Source: Patescibacteria group bacterium (GTDB taxonomy: Bacteria > Patescibacteriota > Gracilibacteria > UBA1369). Taken from it: DNA of 52,027 nucleotides. Made by a program: the position numbers and the translations under genes. Numbering within the stretch: the first letter of the stretch is position 1; every line of letters starts with the position of its first letter. The notes beneath the pieces were generated by a model. That model searched no databases. It saw only the letters and a program-made list of their open reading frames with translations, and was not told the origin of the DNA. The stretch is taken from positions 1 through 52,027 of the forward strand of contig CAUJDC010000025.1 in assembly GCA_963169815.1 (NCBI GenBank). The letters run 5' to 3'. Of the stretch, positions 12,269 to 20,946 are shown piece after piece.

Positions 12269-13099
12269 ATGAATATTTTGGTAGCTGGTAAACATGATTC
12301 CCTCGTTGATACGCTGATTTTTGCCAATATCAACCCGGCCACACGCAAAATTACTTTGGTCAGTATTCCGCGCGATCTTTATTATAATAATCGCAAGATT
12401 AACAGCTATTATGCTCTTTATGGCATGGATGAGCTTAAACGCATTCTTTCCAAGATCACTGGCTATCAAATTGATAAGTATGTATTGATTGATATGTACG
12501 CATTTATTGACGTTATAGACTTGGTTGGAGGTATTGATGTGCATTTGAATGAACCAGTTATTGATCCAACTTATAAGGTCAATGACAATGGTGTCTGGTC
12601 TACTTTGTATTATTGGGCAGGCGATTATCATCTCGGTGGTAAGGAAGCTCTGCGTTTGGCTAGAACTCGGCATACATCTTCGGACTTTGCTAGAGCTGAA
12701 CGTCAACAAATGATACTGAAGGCTTTGCAGCAAAAGGCCAGGGAATTTGGCTTTGGTGATGCGGCTAAATTGACTGATATAGCTACTACGGTTTTGAGTA
12801 AAACTTATACTGATTTTACTTTGGCTGATGCTTTGCCAGCTTATTTCCGCTATCAGGGTTTTGAGGTGGAGGGTGGCAATGTGCTTTCTTCAGGAAATGT
12901 TTTGGAATCAAAATACACTGGTGATTTGAAAAAAGATGATTGCCAGGCTGAGGTTGCCAAAGAGCCGGCATTAAATAGTGAAGTTCCTGATGACTCAGAT
13001 AAACAATGTGATCAAGATAAGGGCCAATACATACTGGTTCCGAGAAATGATAATTGGAATACCGTGAGATGGTATTTTCATCAACTGATTGAAGAGTAA
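12269..13099 (+). CDS. LytR-CpsA-Psr (LCP) family glycopolymer transferase domain protein, lacking its own membrane anchor
   Basis: LCP core: NILVAGKHDSLVDTLIFANINPATRKITLVSIPRDLY ... LARTRHTSSDFARAERQQ. The same frame is open for 27 codons upstream of the ATG, back to TGA at 12185. Confidence 0.85.
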   Translation: MNILVAGKHDSLVDTLIFANINPATRKITLVSIPRDLYYNNRKINSYYALYGMDELKRILSKITGYQIDKYVLIDMYAFIDVIDLVGGIDVHLNEPVIDPTYKVNDNGVWSTLYYWAGDYHLGGKEALRLARTRHTSSDFARAERQQMILKALQQKAREFGFGDAAKLTDIATTVLSKTYTDFTLADALPAYFRYQGFEVEGGNVLSSGNVLESKYTGDLKKDDCQAEVAKEPALNSEVPDDSDKQCDQDKGQYILVPRNDNWNTVRWYFHQLIEE

Positions 13100-13140
13100 G
13101 AGCTCATAGTTTTTCGCGAAAAATTATGAGCTCTGTTTGT
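13100..13140 (+). terminator. Rho-independent terminator after the LCP gene
   Basis: GAGCTCATA (13100-13108) pairs with TATGAGCTC (13125-13133). The inner sequence TTTTTCGCGAAAAA is a palindrome, and a T-rich tail follows. Confidence 0.7.
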
Positions 13141-13237
13141 GGTGAATAGCAGCTTTAACACTTGCTTTGTTATTTTCAATTTATTTTTTTATCCGGTTAC
13201 AGTAGAGTGGGCTTAATATGCAAATAAATAAATTTTT

Positions 13238-14041
13238 ATGAAAAAGCTTTTATCGATACTCGGTGGTTTGTTACTAGTAGTGGCTGCGATTGTGGGAATA
13301 GTATTTTCTCTCACTGCGGGTGTGACTGGAGGAGCAGATGATTTCTTTAAGCTGGTTAAGTCTGGTGATTACAAGGCTGCTTATCAGTCTACTTCCAAGG
13401 AATTCCAAAAAGCGACTTCAGAGGAGCAGTTTAATGATTTCTTGAATCAGACTACCATGGTCAAGTTTGACCATGCGGAATGGACTTCACGTTCAGTGCA
13501 AAATAATCTTGGTAATGTGGAAGGAACTGTAGTGACTACTGATAAAGCTGTGGTGCCAGTTACTATGGATTTGGTAAATGAAGATGGTAAATGGAAAGTT
13601 TTGAATTTACGACCAGTAGTTGGCGGCTTACAGCCTGAAAATTCTGCTATCAAAGATTCCAAAACTGCGGCTAAGCCAGATTTACCAAGTGATGATGAAG
13701 TAAATGCTTTGGTAACTGCTTCAATCAATGACTTCGTTGAGGCGGTTAAGGCCAAAGATTTTAATACTTTCTATGGCAATGTTTCTGAAGTATGGAAGAC
13801 TCAAACTAATGTAGCTGAACTAGAAAAGGCTTTTGAACAGTTAATGGATGAAAAAATAGATCTTGGTTTTGTGAAAACTACTAAGCCTGTACTTAATGCT
13901 AAACCAGAACTTGATCAGGATAATATTCTGGTTGTAGATGGTATGTATCCTTCTAAAGATGCTAATTTCATGTTCCATATGGGCTATGTTTATGAACATC
14001 CAAAATGGAAACTGATTGGAATTACGGTAAACTTCAAATAA
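13238..14041 (+). CDS. Hypothetical exported or membrane-anchored protein with two similar domains
   Basis: It has an N-terminal hydrophobic anchor. Two repeats share a pattern (FFKLVKSGDYKAAY... and FVEAVKAKDFNTFY...). No confident family assignment. Confidence 0.6.
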   Translation: MKKLLSILGGLLLVVAAIVGIVFSLTAGVTGGADDFFKLVKSGDYKAAYQSTSKEFQKATSEEQFNDFLNQTTMVKFDHAEWTSRSVQNNLGNVEGTVVTTDKAVVPVTMDLVNEDGKWKVLNLRPVVGGLQPENSAIKDSKTAAKPDLPSDDEVNALVTASINDFVEAVKAKDFNTFYGNVSEVWKTQTNVAELEKAFEQLMDEKIDLGFVKTTKPVLNAKPELDQDNILVVDGMYPSKDANFMFHMGYVYEHPKWKLIGITVNFK

Positions 14042-14042
14042 T

Positions 14043-14714
14043 TTAAAAGCTCCAATTAATTGGTTTAATCAGATGTTGGAGGAGGAAGTCATTGGTTTTA
14101 CTAAATGGTTTGCTGCCGAAAAATCCGTTGTAAGCAGAAAGTGGAGACGGATGAGCAGAGGTGATCACAAAATGTTTGTGGAGATCAATGACTTTCCCTT
14201 TTTCCTGGGCATAATTTCCCCAGAGTATGAAGACGACATTTTCTTTTTGATTAGAAATAGTTTTGATCACGGCATCAGTGAATTGCTCCCAGCCTTTTTT
14301 TTGATGTGAGCCAGCTTGATTGGCGCGCACGGTTAACGTTGCATTGAGTAGCAGGACGCCTTGTTTACTCCAATTTTCTAATTCGCCAGTTTGAGGTGCT
14401 GGGGTGCCGAGGTCTGAAGCGAGTTCTTTGTAGATATTTCGGAGAGAGGGAGGTAATTGCACACCATTATTTACGGAAAAACAGAGGCCATTGGCCTGAC
14501 CGGGGCCGTGATAATGGTCTTGTCCAATAATCACCACTTTAACCTGGTTGAAGGGACAGAGCTCGAAAGCGCGGAAAATGTTTTTACCAAGTGGGTAAAT
14601 AGTTTGGCTGGAATATTCAGCTTTGACGAATTTGATCAATTTTCGAAAGTATTCCCGACCAAACTCTTGATCCAATACTTTTCGCCAGGATGTATCGATT
14701 TTTACTTGAGACAT
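14043..14714 (-). CDS. ung: Uracil-DNA glycosylase, family 1
   Basis: Motifs GQDHYHGPGQANGLCFSV (water-activating loop) and SAHPSPLSA. Confidence 0.93.
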   Translation of the reverse strand: MSQVKIDTSWRKVLDQEFGREYFRKLIKFVKAEYSSQTIYPLGKNIFRAFELCPFNQVKVVIIGQDHYHGPGQANGLCFSVNNGVQLPPSLRNIYKELASDLGTPAPQTGELENWSKQGVLLLNATLTVRANQAGSHQKKGWEQFTDAVIKTISNQKENVVFILWGNYAQEKGKVIDLHKHFVITSAHPSPLSAYNGFFGSKPFSKTNDFLLQHLIKPINWSF

Positions 14715-14843
14715 AAGGCAGTAATAATTTGTTTGATAATAACAGACTGGAGAATTATGATAAATCTAAAGATGGTTCTGTGAATGTTCTGTTTTTGCCA
14801 ACTTTTGTGTTTGGAATGGAAGTTCCTAAAACTAATTATCTGT

Positions 14844-14892
14844 TTGACTTTTGTTTGTTTGAGGGGTAGATAGTGTGTATACAACACTATCT
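14844..14892 (+). promoter_or_regulatory. Promoter-like TTGACT-17-TAGATA overlapped by a perfect 9-bp inverted repeat; candidate NrtR operator
   Basis: TTGACT at 14844-14849 and TAGATA at 14867-14872. AGATAGTGT (14868-14876) and ACACTATCT (14884-14892) are separated by GTATACA. The site lies immediately upstream of the pnuC ATG at 14900. Confidence 0.45.
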
Positions 14893-14899
14893 GCTTTTT

Positions 14900-15577
14900 A
14901 TGAATTTCATCCCACAATTTTTCGATATCAATTTGATCTTCTTTACAGTCTTCGATTATCCGATGAGTTATATCGAATTCTTTGGGACGATTTTAACAAT
15001 CTGGTGTGTTTGGCTGACTAGTAAGGCGAAAATTCTTTCCTGGCCAGTGGGTATAGCTGGTTCATTGCTTTATCTGTTTCTTTTCTATCAGATTCAACTT
15101 TATTCTGATTTGATGGAGCAGATTTACTTCATCGTTACTAGTGTGATTGGTTGGTATATGTGGATGCGTTATAAGAAAGAACAAGAAGCAGATCATGCTA
15201 CTGTGATTCCTGCAGTTAATTCTATCAAAGAAAATCTGATTTGGATTGGTGTGATCGTGCTTGGTACTGCTGTGCTAACCTATTTCACTATGAATTTTAA
15301 TAATTGGTGGCCTCAGTTTTTCCCAGAACCAGTTTCTTATCCGATGTTGGACGCTTTGACTACGGTGATGAGTTTTGTGGCACAGTTCTTATTGATGAGA
15401 AAGAGAGTAGAAAGCTGGATTTTGTGGATTATTGTGGATGCGATTGGCATTGGTTTGTACTGGGTGAAAGGAGTAAAATTCTTATCGCTCGAATACTTGC
15501 TATTCTTCTTTATCGCCAGCTACGGTTTGTATAATTGGTTAAAAATTTACAGAAAACATCATGTTAAAAAATCATAA
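14900..15577 (+). CDS. pnuC: Nicotinamide riboside transporter PnuC
   Basis: PnuC-like polytopic protein (WLTSKAKILSWPVGIAGSLLY..., W-rich helices). The track ORF starts at GTG 14873 inside the palindrome, so ATG 14900 is preferred. Confidence 0.85.
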   Translation: MNFIPQFFDINLIFFTVFDYPMSYIEFFGTILTIWCVWLTSKAKILSWPVGIAGSLLYLFLFYQIQLYSDLMEQIYFIVTSVIGWYMWMRYKKEQEADHATVIPAVNSIKENLIWIGVIVLGTAVLTYFTMNFNNWWPQFFPEPVSYPMLDALTTVMSFVAQFLLMRKRVESWILWIIVDAIGIGLYWVKGVKFLSLEYLLFFFIASYGLYNWLKIYRKHHVKKS

Positions 15578-16550
15578 ATCAAATTACGGTAGAGGACTCG
15601 TGATTGGTAAGTTTTACCCTCCTCATCTCGGCCATAAGTATTTGATTGATGCGGCCAGTTCAAAGTGTGAAAAGCTCACTGTAATTATTTGTTGGAAACA
15701 ATCTGAAACAATTCCAGTGACGGCTAGAGCTCAATGGATCAAGAGACTGCATCCCAATGTCGATGTGAAAGTAATTGAGGACAATAAACTGGACGATGAT
15801 GATTCTGAAGGCTGGGCCAAATTTACTCTGGATATTCTGGGCTATAAACCTGACGCGGTATTTACCTCAGAGTCATATGGGGATCCCTATGCTAGTTTTA
15901 TGGGAGCAATTCATGTGATGGTAGATAGAGACAGAGTGGATGTGCCAATTTCTGCCACTAAAGTGCGCAGTAATCCGATGAAATATTCAGAACTCGTCAG
16001 TCCGGCTGTGAATGGCTACTTTGCCAGAAGAGTTTGTATAGTTGGCGCCGAGTCTACTGGAACAACAACTTTGGCTAGGAGTTTGGCGACGCATTATAAA
16101 ACTGTTTGGGTGCCAGAATATGGTCGAACTTATTCTGAAGGGAAATGGACTTCAGCCAAGAATGCTGTTTGGAAAACTGAAGAGTTTGAGCATATTGCCA
16201 GAACCCAAAACAGTATGGAAAATGCTTTGGCGGAAATTTCCAATGGTTTGTTGATTTGTGATACTAATGCTTTTGCTACTGCCCTTTGGCATGAAAGATA
16301 TATGGGTTTCAGATCTCCGCAATTGGAGGAATTGGGCAAGCATTGTTCAGCTGATCTATATATCTTAACTGGTGATGAAATTCCGTTTGTTCAAGATGGC
16401 CTGAGAGATGGTGAACATATTCGTCATCAAATGCATCAACGCTTTATGCAGAGACTGGAAGAGGACAATAAGCCATATATCATTGTTACTGGAAATCCAG
16501 AGCAGCGACTGAAGGATAGTATTAAATCTATTGATCAGTTATTTAGTTAA
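15561..16550 (+). CDS. nadR: NadR-type bifunctional NMN adenylyltransferase / ribosylnicotinamide kinase
   Basis: GKFYPPHLGHKYLID nucleotidyltransferase motif. A second domain carries the P-loop GAESTGTTT. It overlaps the pnuC end by 17 nt. Confidence 0.88.
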   Translation: MLKNHKSNYGRGLVIGKFYPPHLGHKYLIDAASSKCEKLTVIICWKQSETIPVTARAQWIKRLHPNVDVKVIEDNKLDDDDSEGWAKFTLDILGYKPDAVFTSESYGDPYASFMGAIHVMVDRDRVDVPISATKVRSNPMKYSELVSPAVNGYFARRVCIVGAESTGTTTLARSLATHYKTVWVPEYGRTYSEGKWTSAKNAVWKTEEFEHIARTQNSMENALAEISNGLLICDTNAFATALWHERYMGFRSPQLEELGKHCSADLYILTGDEIPFVQDGLRDGEHIRHQMHQRFMQRLEEDNKPYIIVTGNPEQRLKDSIKSIDQLFS

Positions 16551-16551
16551 T

Positions 16552-17220
16552 ATGGAATTACATCACGCAATTTTAGCTACAGACGTTTTGCTTTTTACTT
16601 TCCGTGCAAGCCAGCTGTGGGTGAGGACGATTACAGTCGATCGCCCTCCTTACTTTGTAAATATGAAAGGTTTTCCAGGAGGTTTGATCAAACCTGATGA
16701 AAATGCCGAAGCTGCAGCGATTCGTTGTCTAAGAGAGAAAGCTGGAATTTTGTCAAAACTTTTCATAGAGCAATTGTACGCTTTTAGCGAAATAGATCGT
16801 GATCCACGGGGCAGAGTAGTTTCGGTGGCTTACCTGGCTTGTGTGCCTTGGGATGATTTGAGTGAGTTGGAACAAGTAGATCAGGATGCGACTGCTTGGC
16901 GTCGTGTAAATGGACTCGGCAAACTCGCTTATGATCATAATGAGATGCTGAATTTTGCTCTGGAATGGCTTAAGGCAAAAGCCAAATCTACTAATCTTTT
17001 ATCCTGGCTGATGCCAAAAGAATTTACTTTAACTGAATTGCAAAGTTGTTATGAGCAGATTTTGGAGGTGAAATTGGATAAAAGAAATTTCCGCAAAAAG
17101 ATTTTGCAATTGGATTTGTTAAAACTCTTGGCTAAAAAAACTGCCGGAATGAAAAATCGTCCAGCTCAACTCTATCAATTTAATTCCAAGAAGGTGACTT
17201 TTTCTGGGAATCTGATTTAG
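16552..17220 (+). CDS. nrtR: Nudix-related transcriptional regulator (NrtR-like: degenerate Nudix domain plus C-terminal winged helix)
   Basis: The Nudix box is degenerate (GGLIKPDENAEAAAIRCLREKAGI). The C-terminal FTLTELQSCYEQILEVKLDKRNFRKKI is typical of the NrtR wHTH. It is the third gene of the NAD salvage operon. An alternative start lies at 16531. Confidence 0.75.
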   Translation: MELHHAILATDVLLFTFRASQLWVRTITVDRPPYFVNMKGFPGGLIKPDENAEAAAIRCLREKAGILSKLFIEQLYAFSEIDRDPRGRVVSVAYLACVPWDDLSELEQVDQDATAWRRVNGLGKLAYDHNEMLNFALEWLKAKAKSTNLLSWLMPKEFTLTELQSCYEQILEVKLDKRNFRKKILQLDLLKLLAKKTAGMKNRPAQLYQFNSKKVTFSGNLI

Positions 17221-17999
17221 GACTCTTTCTGCTTTTTCATGCTCAGTCCTTTCCCGCCAAACTCCTGGCAGATATAGACGGGAATCTGCGGTGTGCTTGT
17301 TTTAGCGTCGAATTTGTAACCTAACTCGTCGAAGTTGTGGAGATCTGAAATTTTCTTGACGCGATTTTTAATCATCCAATGGGCAAACGCTCCACGGGCA
17401 ATTTTGGCATGGACAACTACAAAGGTTGGCTCACCCTTTTTCGGATCGATGGTCAGAAATTTTGGAGAAATGATGCGTGCTTGGTCGATATAGGGAGTAA
17501 CTGCATCGGAGAATTCTGCGGAGCAGAGATTGATGATAGTAGCTTTGGGAGGGAGATTTTCGGCGATGGATTTGTCCCAGAAATCGTACAGGCTGGAGAA
17601 ACGTGGGTCGGGCAATTTGTAACCCATTTCCAGACGGTAAGGAGAGATGCCGTCGAGGGCGCGGAGTATGCCATAGAGTCCGGAGAGGATGCGGAGATGT
17701 TCGTGAGCATATTCTCGATCAGCCTCGTCTAGTGACGGAGCTTGAAGGCCACTATAGATATCGCCAATGAAACTGTCGATGGCTGGGGTTTGCTTGCTGA
17801 TGCTCTCGCTCCAGGCAGCGTAGGTAGCGTGAGTCTTAGCGGCTAATGGACCAGAAAGCTTCATAACTTTAGTGAGCTGGGCAGGGGAGAGGGATTTGAG
17901 ATATTGAGCGAGTTTTTTGGTTTGGCCCAGCAGTTGTGGCATATGAGTTGGGCCGGGCTTCACTGTCATGGTTTTGGATGAATGGAGGAGGATGATCAT
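17217..17999 (-). CDS. yaaA: YaaA/DUF328 family peroxide-stress protein
   Basis: Family-typical N-terminus MIILLHSSKTM and a 260-aa length. Confidence 0.8.
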   Translation of the reverse strand: MIILLHSSKTMTVKPGPTHMPQLLGQTKKLAQYLKSLSPAQLTKVMKLSGPLAAKTHATYAAWSESISKQTPAIDSFIGDIYSGLQAPSLDEADREYAHEHLRILSGLYGILRALDGISPYRLEMGYKLPDPRFSSLYDFWDKSIAENLPPKATIINLCSAEFSDAVTPYIDQARIISPKFLTIDPKKGEPTFVVVHAKIARGAFAHWMIKNRVKKISDLHNFDELGYKFDAKTSTPQIPVYICQEFGGKGLSMKKQKES

Positions 18000-18365
18000 G
18001 GGAGGTTGTTTTACGCATTGAGTTTAGCAGATTATCATCCTTTAGATAAAATAATTGTACATGCTTCTGGTATTTCAGAAATTATCACTGATAAAGTTGT
18101 AATCGCTTCTGGCCAGTATGCGCTGGATCTGATAATGGACCCAGATCTCGCTGTGCCAGCCAAGATTGTATTGTCTAGGGCGGCTGTTGATGCCAAGTTT
18201 TTTGATTTGAAAACTGGAGTAGCTGGAGATGTGACGCAGAAGTTTATCAATTATAAAGCCAAGCTGATCATAGTAGGTGATTTCTCTGATCTGAGCGAAA
18301 ATTTCCAGGCTTTAATACGCGAAAATAATCGGGTGGGGGAGATAATGTTTGTGAAAAGTTTATAA
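17982..18365 (+). CDS. DUF4180-like protein (start uncertain)
   Basis: The C-terminal pattern FFDLKTGVAGDVTQKFINYKAKLIIVGDFS...NRVGEIMFV matches what I recall of DUF4180. The ATG at 17982 overlaps the divergent yaaA start, and TTG at 18006 or 18018 are alternatives. Confidence 0.55.
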   Translation: MEEDDHGRLFYALSLADYHPLDKIIVHASGISEIITDKVVIASGQYALDLIMDPDLAVPAKIVLSRAAVDAKFFDLKTGVAGDVTQKFINYKAKLIIVGDFSDLSENFQALIRENNRVGEIMFVKSL

Positions 18366-18392
18366 ACAAAAAAGCCCTATTTACATAAGGCT
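18362..18392 (-). terminator. Orphan minus-strand rho-independent terminator; inferred ancestral terminator of tRNA-Asn
   Basis: The stem AGCCCTA (18373-18379) / TAAGGCT (18386-18392) has one mismatch. On the minus strand it is followed by TTTTTTGTTTATA. No minus-strand gene lies upstream of it for 14 kb. Confidence 0.55.
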
Positions 18393-18406
18393 CTCAATTG
18401 TTACAA

Positions 18407-18415
18407 AATGGCTCC
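18407..18415. repeat. Left copy of putative att core AATGGCTCC
   Basis: It is identical to 32564-32572, which is the complement of the tRNA-Asn 3' end GGAGCCA plus TT. Confidence 0.5.
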
Positions 18416-18530
18416 GCATTCTGGAAGCTGTCAGCACATGCTTTGCCAGAGGGGAGGCGGGGTATTTTCCGTATCACGTAGTGGTGGAGCATATGAATGA
18501 GTGCATGGTGAAGACGGGGTAAGATCGTTT

Positions 18531-18564
18531 CTTATTCTACTTTGGAGGTTTAAAGTAGAATAAG
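18531..18564 (+). other. Perfect 13-bp hairpin in the island left arm
   Basis: CTTATTCTACTTT (18531-18543) pairs with AAAGTAGAATAAG (18552-18564), with loop GGAGGTTT. It lies 9 nt after the TAA (18520-18522) that would close the recombinase frame in the circular form. Confidence 0.5.
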
Positions 18565-18673
18565 AGAATTTATATTCTAGTTTCGGTGAAGTTTGCTTGC
18601 TATTTAACGGCCAAAGAGTAAATTATCTTTGTGTATGTTTGTATAACTTTGTTATTACGCTAATTTTTAGCCT

Positions 18674-18904
18674 ATGTTTGAGGATAAACCAGACATTCTC
18701 TCCATTGGAGAGGTCGCAGAAATACTGAATGTTTCGACCATGACACTTCGACGTTGGGATAAAGAGGGTATTTTGAAAGCGTTTCGGCCAAGTATGACCA
18801 AACAGCGACGGTATCATAAAAAAGATGTCATCGATTTTTTGAAATCTACGCCTGAAACACATAAGAAGCCCAAATCTCGAAGAAAATTAACACCTTTTCC
18901 ATGA
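18674..18904 (+). CDS. Excisionase/MerR-type HTH protein (76 aa)
   Basis: LSIGEVAEILNVSTMTLRRWDKEGIL resembles the excisionase-family HTH. Its stop overlaps the hsdM start (ATGA). Confidence 0.7.
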   Translation: MFEDKPDILSIGEVAEILNVSTMTLRRWDKEGILKAFRPSMTKQRRYHKKDVIDFLKSTPETHKKPKSRRKLTPFP

Positions 18905-20943
18905 ACAATTTTCAAAATAAAGTTAGCTTAATCTGGAATATCGCTGAGTTTTTGCGCGGTAGCTGGAAGCAACATGAATATCAGGATGTTGTGCTTCCTT
19001 TAACGGTTCTCAAGCGCCTTGATTCGGTTTTGGAGAAAACCAAAGAGAAAGTTTTGAAGGAATACAATCAGCATCAGGGGAAAATCAACGTGTCTCCGAT
19101 TTTGAAGGACATTACGGGTGTTGGGTTTTACAACACATCGGTTTATGACTTTCACAAACTATTGGATGATCAGAAAGATATTTCCAAAAACCTACGCAAC
19201 TACATCAGTGGTTTTTCCGAAAATGTTCAACAAATTATTGAGAAATTTGATTTTGAAAAGCATCTTGCACGTCTTGAAGGAGGTAATCTCCTGTACCTCA
19301 TTGTTAAGGAGTTAAATAAAGTTGATCTTCATCCTGATGCGGTTAGTAATACGGAGATGGGGTACATCTTTGAAGAGTTGATTCGTAGATTCTCTGAGCA
19401 ATCCAATGAGACAGCTGGTGAGCACTACACCCCGCGCGAGGTGATTCAAATGATGGTGGAGGTGATGTTTACGATGGATAAACATTTACTCAAAAAGGAG
19501 CACACAATTAAGACGATTTACGACCCTTGTTGCGGTACGGGCGGAATGCTTGCGGTTTCAAAGAAATTCATTGCTGAGCATATCAATTCCAAAGCGGATA
19601 TTTACCTGTATGGACAAGAGCTGAATCCCGTGACGTACGCCATGTGCAAGGCGGACATGCTGATTAAAGGTGAGGATGCTGACAAAATTAAAGGTGGTGA
19701 AAAAGATCACTCCAAGGCAAGTACGCTTTCTAACGACCAATTTATCGACCAACATTTTGACTACTGTATAACGAATCCGCCGTTTGGTGTGGATTGGAGA
19801 AAAGATCAAGAAGCTGTCGAGCGTGAGGCGCAGCGTGGGCACGCGGGCAGGTTTGGTGCGGGAACTCCGCGAAGTTCTGATGGGCAGTTGCTCTTTTTGC
19901 AGCACATGATTTCCAAAATGCAGAATCCTTTGAGTGGTGGAGGACGTATTGCCATCGTTTTCAACGGGTCACCTCTTTTTACAGGTGATGCTGGGAGTGG
20001 TGAAAGTGAAATCCGTCGCTGGATTTTGGAGAATGACTGGCTTGAAGCGATTGTTGCTCTGACTGATCAGCTTTTTTATAACACGGGCATTTCAACCTAC
20101 GTCTGGTTTTTAACTAACCGTAAGAAGCATGAGCGGAAAGGAAAAGTGCAGCTCATTGATGCCCGCACATTTTTCAAGAAAATGAGAAAGAGTCTCGGGA
20201 ATAAGCGCAATGAAATAACCGATGAAGATCGTGGGCACATTGTGAAGCTTTATGAGGAGTTTAAAAACTCAAAGTATAGCAAGATTTTCAAAACGACGGA
20301 TTTTGCATTCAGGCAGATTACGGTTGAACGACCGTTAAGGCTTAATTTTCACGTAAGTGCGGAAAGAATTGAGCGGGTGAAAGAACAGTCTACATTTAAG
20401 GGTTTAGCTGAAAGTAAAAAGAAAGGTGACGCTGGGATTTTGGAGATTGAGGAGGGGAAAGCGTTTCAAAAAGAGGTCTTATCTGTGCTGGAAAAGCTGG
20501 ATAGCAAGCTGTATCGAAACCGTGAGGCATTTCTTGAGGCTTTTGACGAAGCTTTCAAAAAGTCTGGCATAAAACTGCCTGTTTCACTTAAAAAAGGAAT
20601 TTTGGAAGGTTTGAGCGAACGTGACGAGGAAGCCGATATTTGCTTGGATAGTAAAGGCAATCCCGAACCAGATAGTGAACTGCGCGATACCGAAAATGTG
20701 CCTTATGAACAGGATATTTATGAGTATTTTGCAAAAGAAGTGAAGCCTTACGCGCCTGACGCGTGGATTGATGAAAAGAAAGTGGACGATAAGGACGGTA
20801 AAGTCGGACGTGTTGGCTATGAAATTCCCGTTACTCGTTATTTTTACGAATATCAACCGCCTCGCGCGCTTGAAGAGATTGAGGCGGATATTGAAAAGGT
20901 TGAGAATGAACTTCTTGGCTTGTTTAAGGAATTAACCAAATAA
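18901..20943 (+). CDS. hsdM: Type I restriction-modification methyltransferase subunit HsdM
   Basis: HsdM N-terminal domain (IWNIAEFLRGSWKQHEYQDVVLPL), SAM motif DPCCGTGGML and catalytic NPPFG. Confidence 0.95.
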   Translation: MNNFQNKVSLIWNIAEFLRGSWKQHEYQDVVLPLTVLKRLDSVLEKTKEKVLKEYNQHQGKINVSPILKDITGVGFYNTSVYDFHKLLDDQKDISKNLRNYISGFSENVQQIIEKFDFEKHLARLEGGNLLYLIVKELNKVDLHPDAVSNTEMGYIFEELIRRFSEQSNETAGEHYTPREVIQMMVEVMFTMDKHLLKKEHTIKTIYDPCCGTGGMLAVSKKFIAEHINSKADIYLYGQELNPVTYAMCKADMLIKGEDADKIKGGEKDHSKASTLSNDQFIDQHFDYCITNPPFGVDWRKDQEAVEREAQRGHAGRFGAGTPRSSDGQLLFLQHMISKMQNPLSGGGRIAIVFNGSPLFTGDAGSGESEIRRWILENDWLEAIVALTDQLFYNTGISTYVWFLTNRKKHERKGKVQLIDARTFFKKMRKSLGNKRNEITDEDRGHIVKLYEEFKNSKYSKIFKTTDFAFRQITVERPLRLNFHVSAERIERVKEQSTFKGLAESKKKGDAGILEIEEGKAFQKEVLSVLEKLDSKLYRNREAFLEAFDEAFKKSGIKLPVSLKKGILEGLSERDEEADICLDSKGNPEPDSELRDTENVPYEQDIYEYFAKEVKPYAPDAWIDEKKVDDKDGKVGRVGYEIPVTRYFYEYQPPRALEEIEADIEKVENELLGLFKELTK

Positions 20944-20946
20944 CCC

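Noticed and set aside
12209-12733. 174-aa minus-strand ORF opposite the LCP gene
   Set aside because: The plus-strand frame carries clear LCP motifs. The minus ORF is Ile/Asn-rich with no motifs.
18416-18522. A degraded tRNA or other RNA gene in the GC-rich left arm of the island
   Set aside because: Only TGGCTCC matches a tRNA 3' end, and no T-arm or acceptor pairing follows. The open frame continuous with the recombinase is a better explanation, but it is still only an inference.
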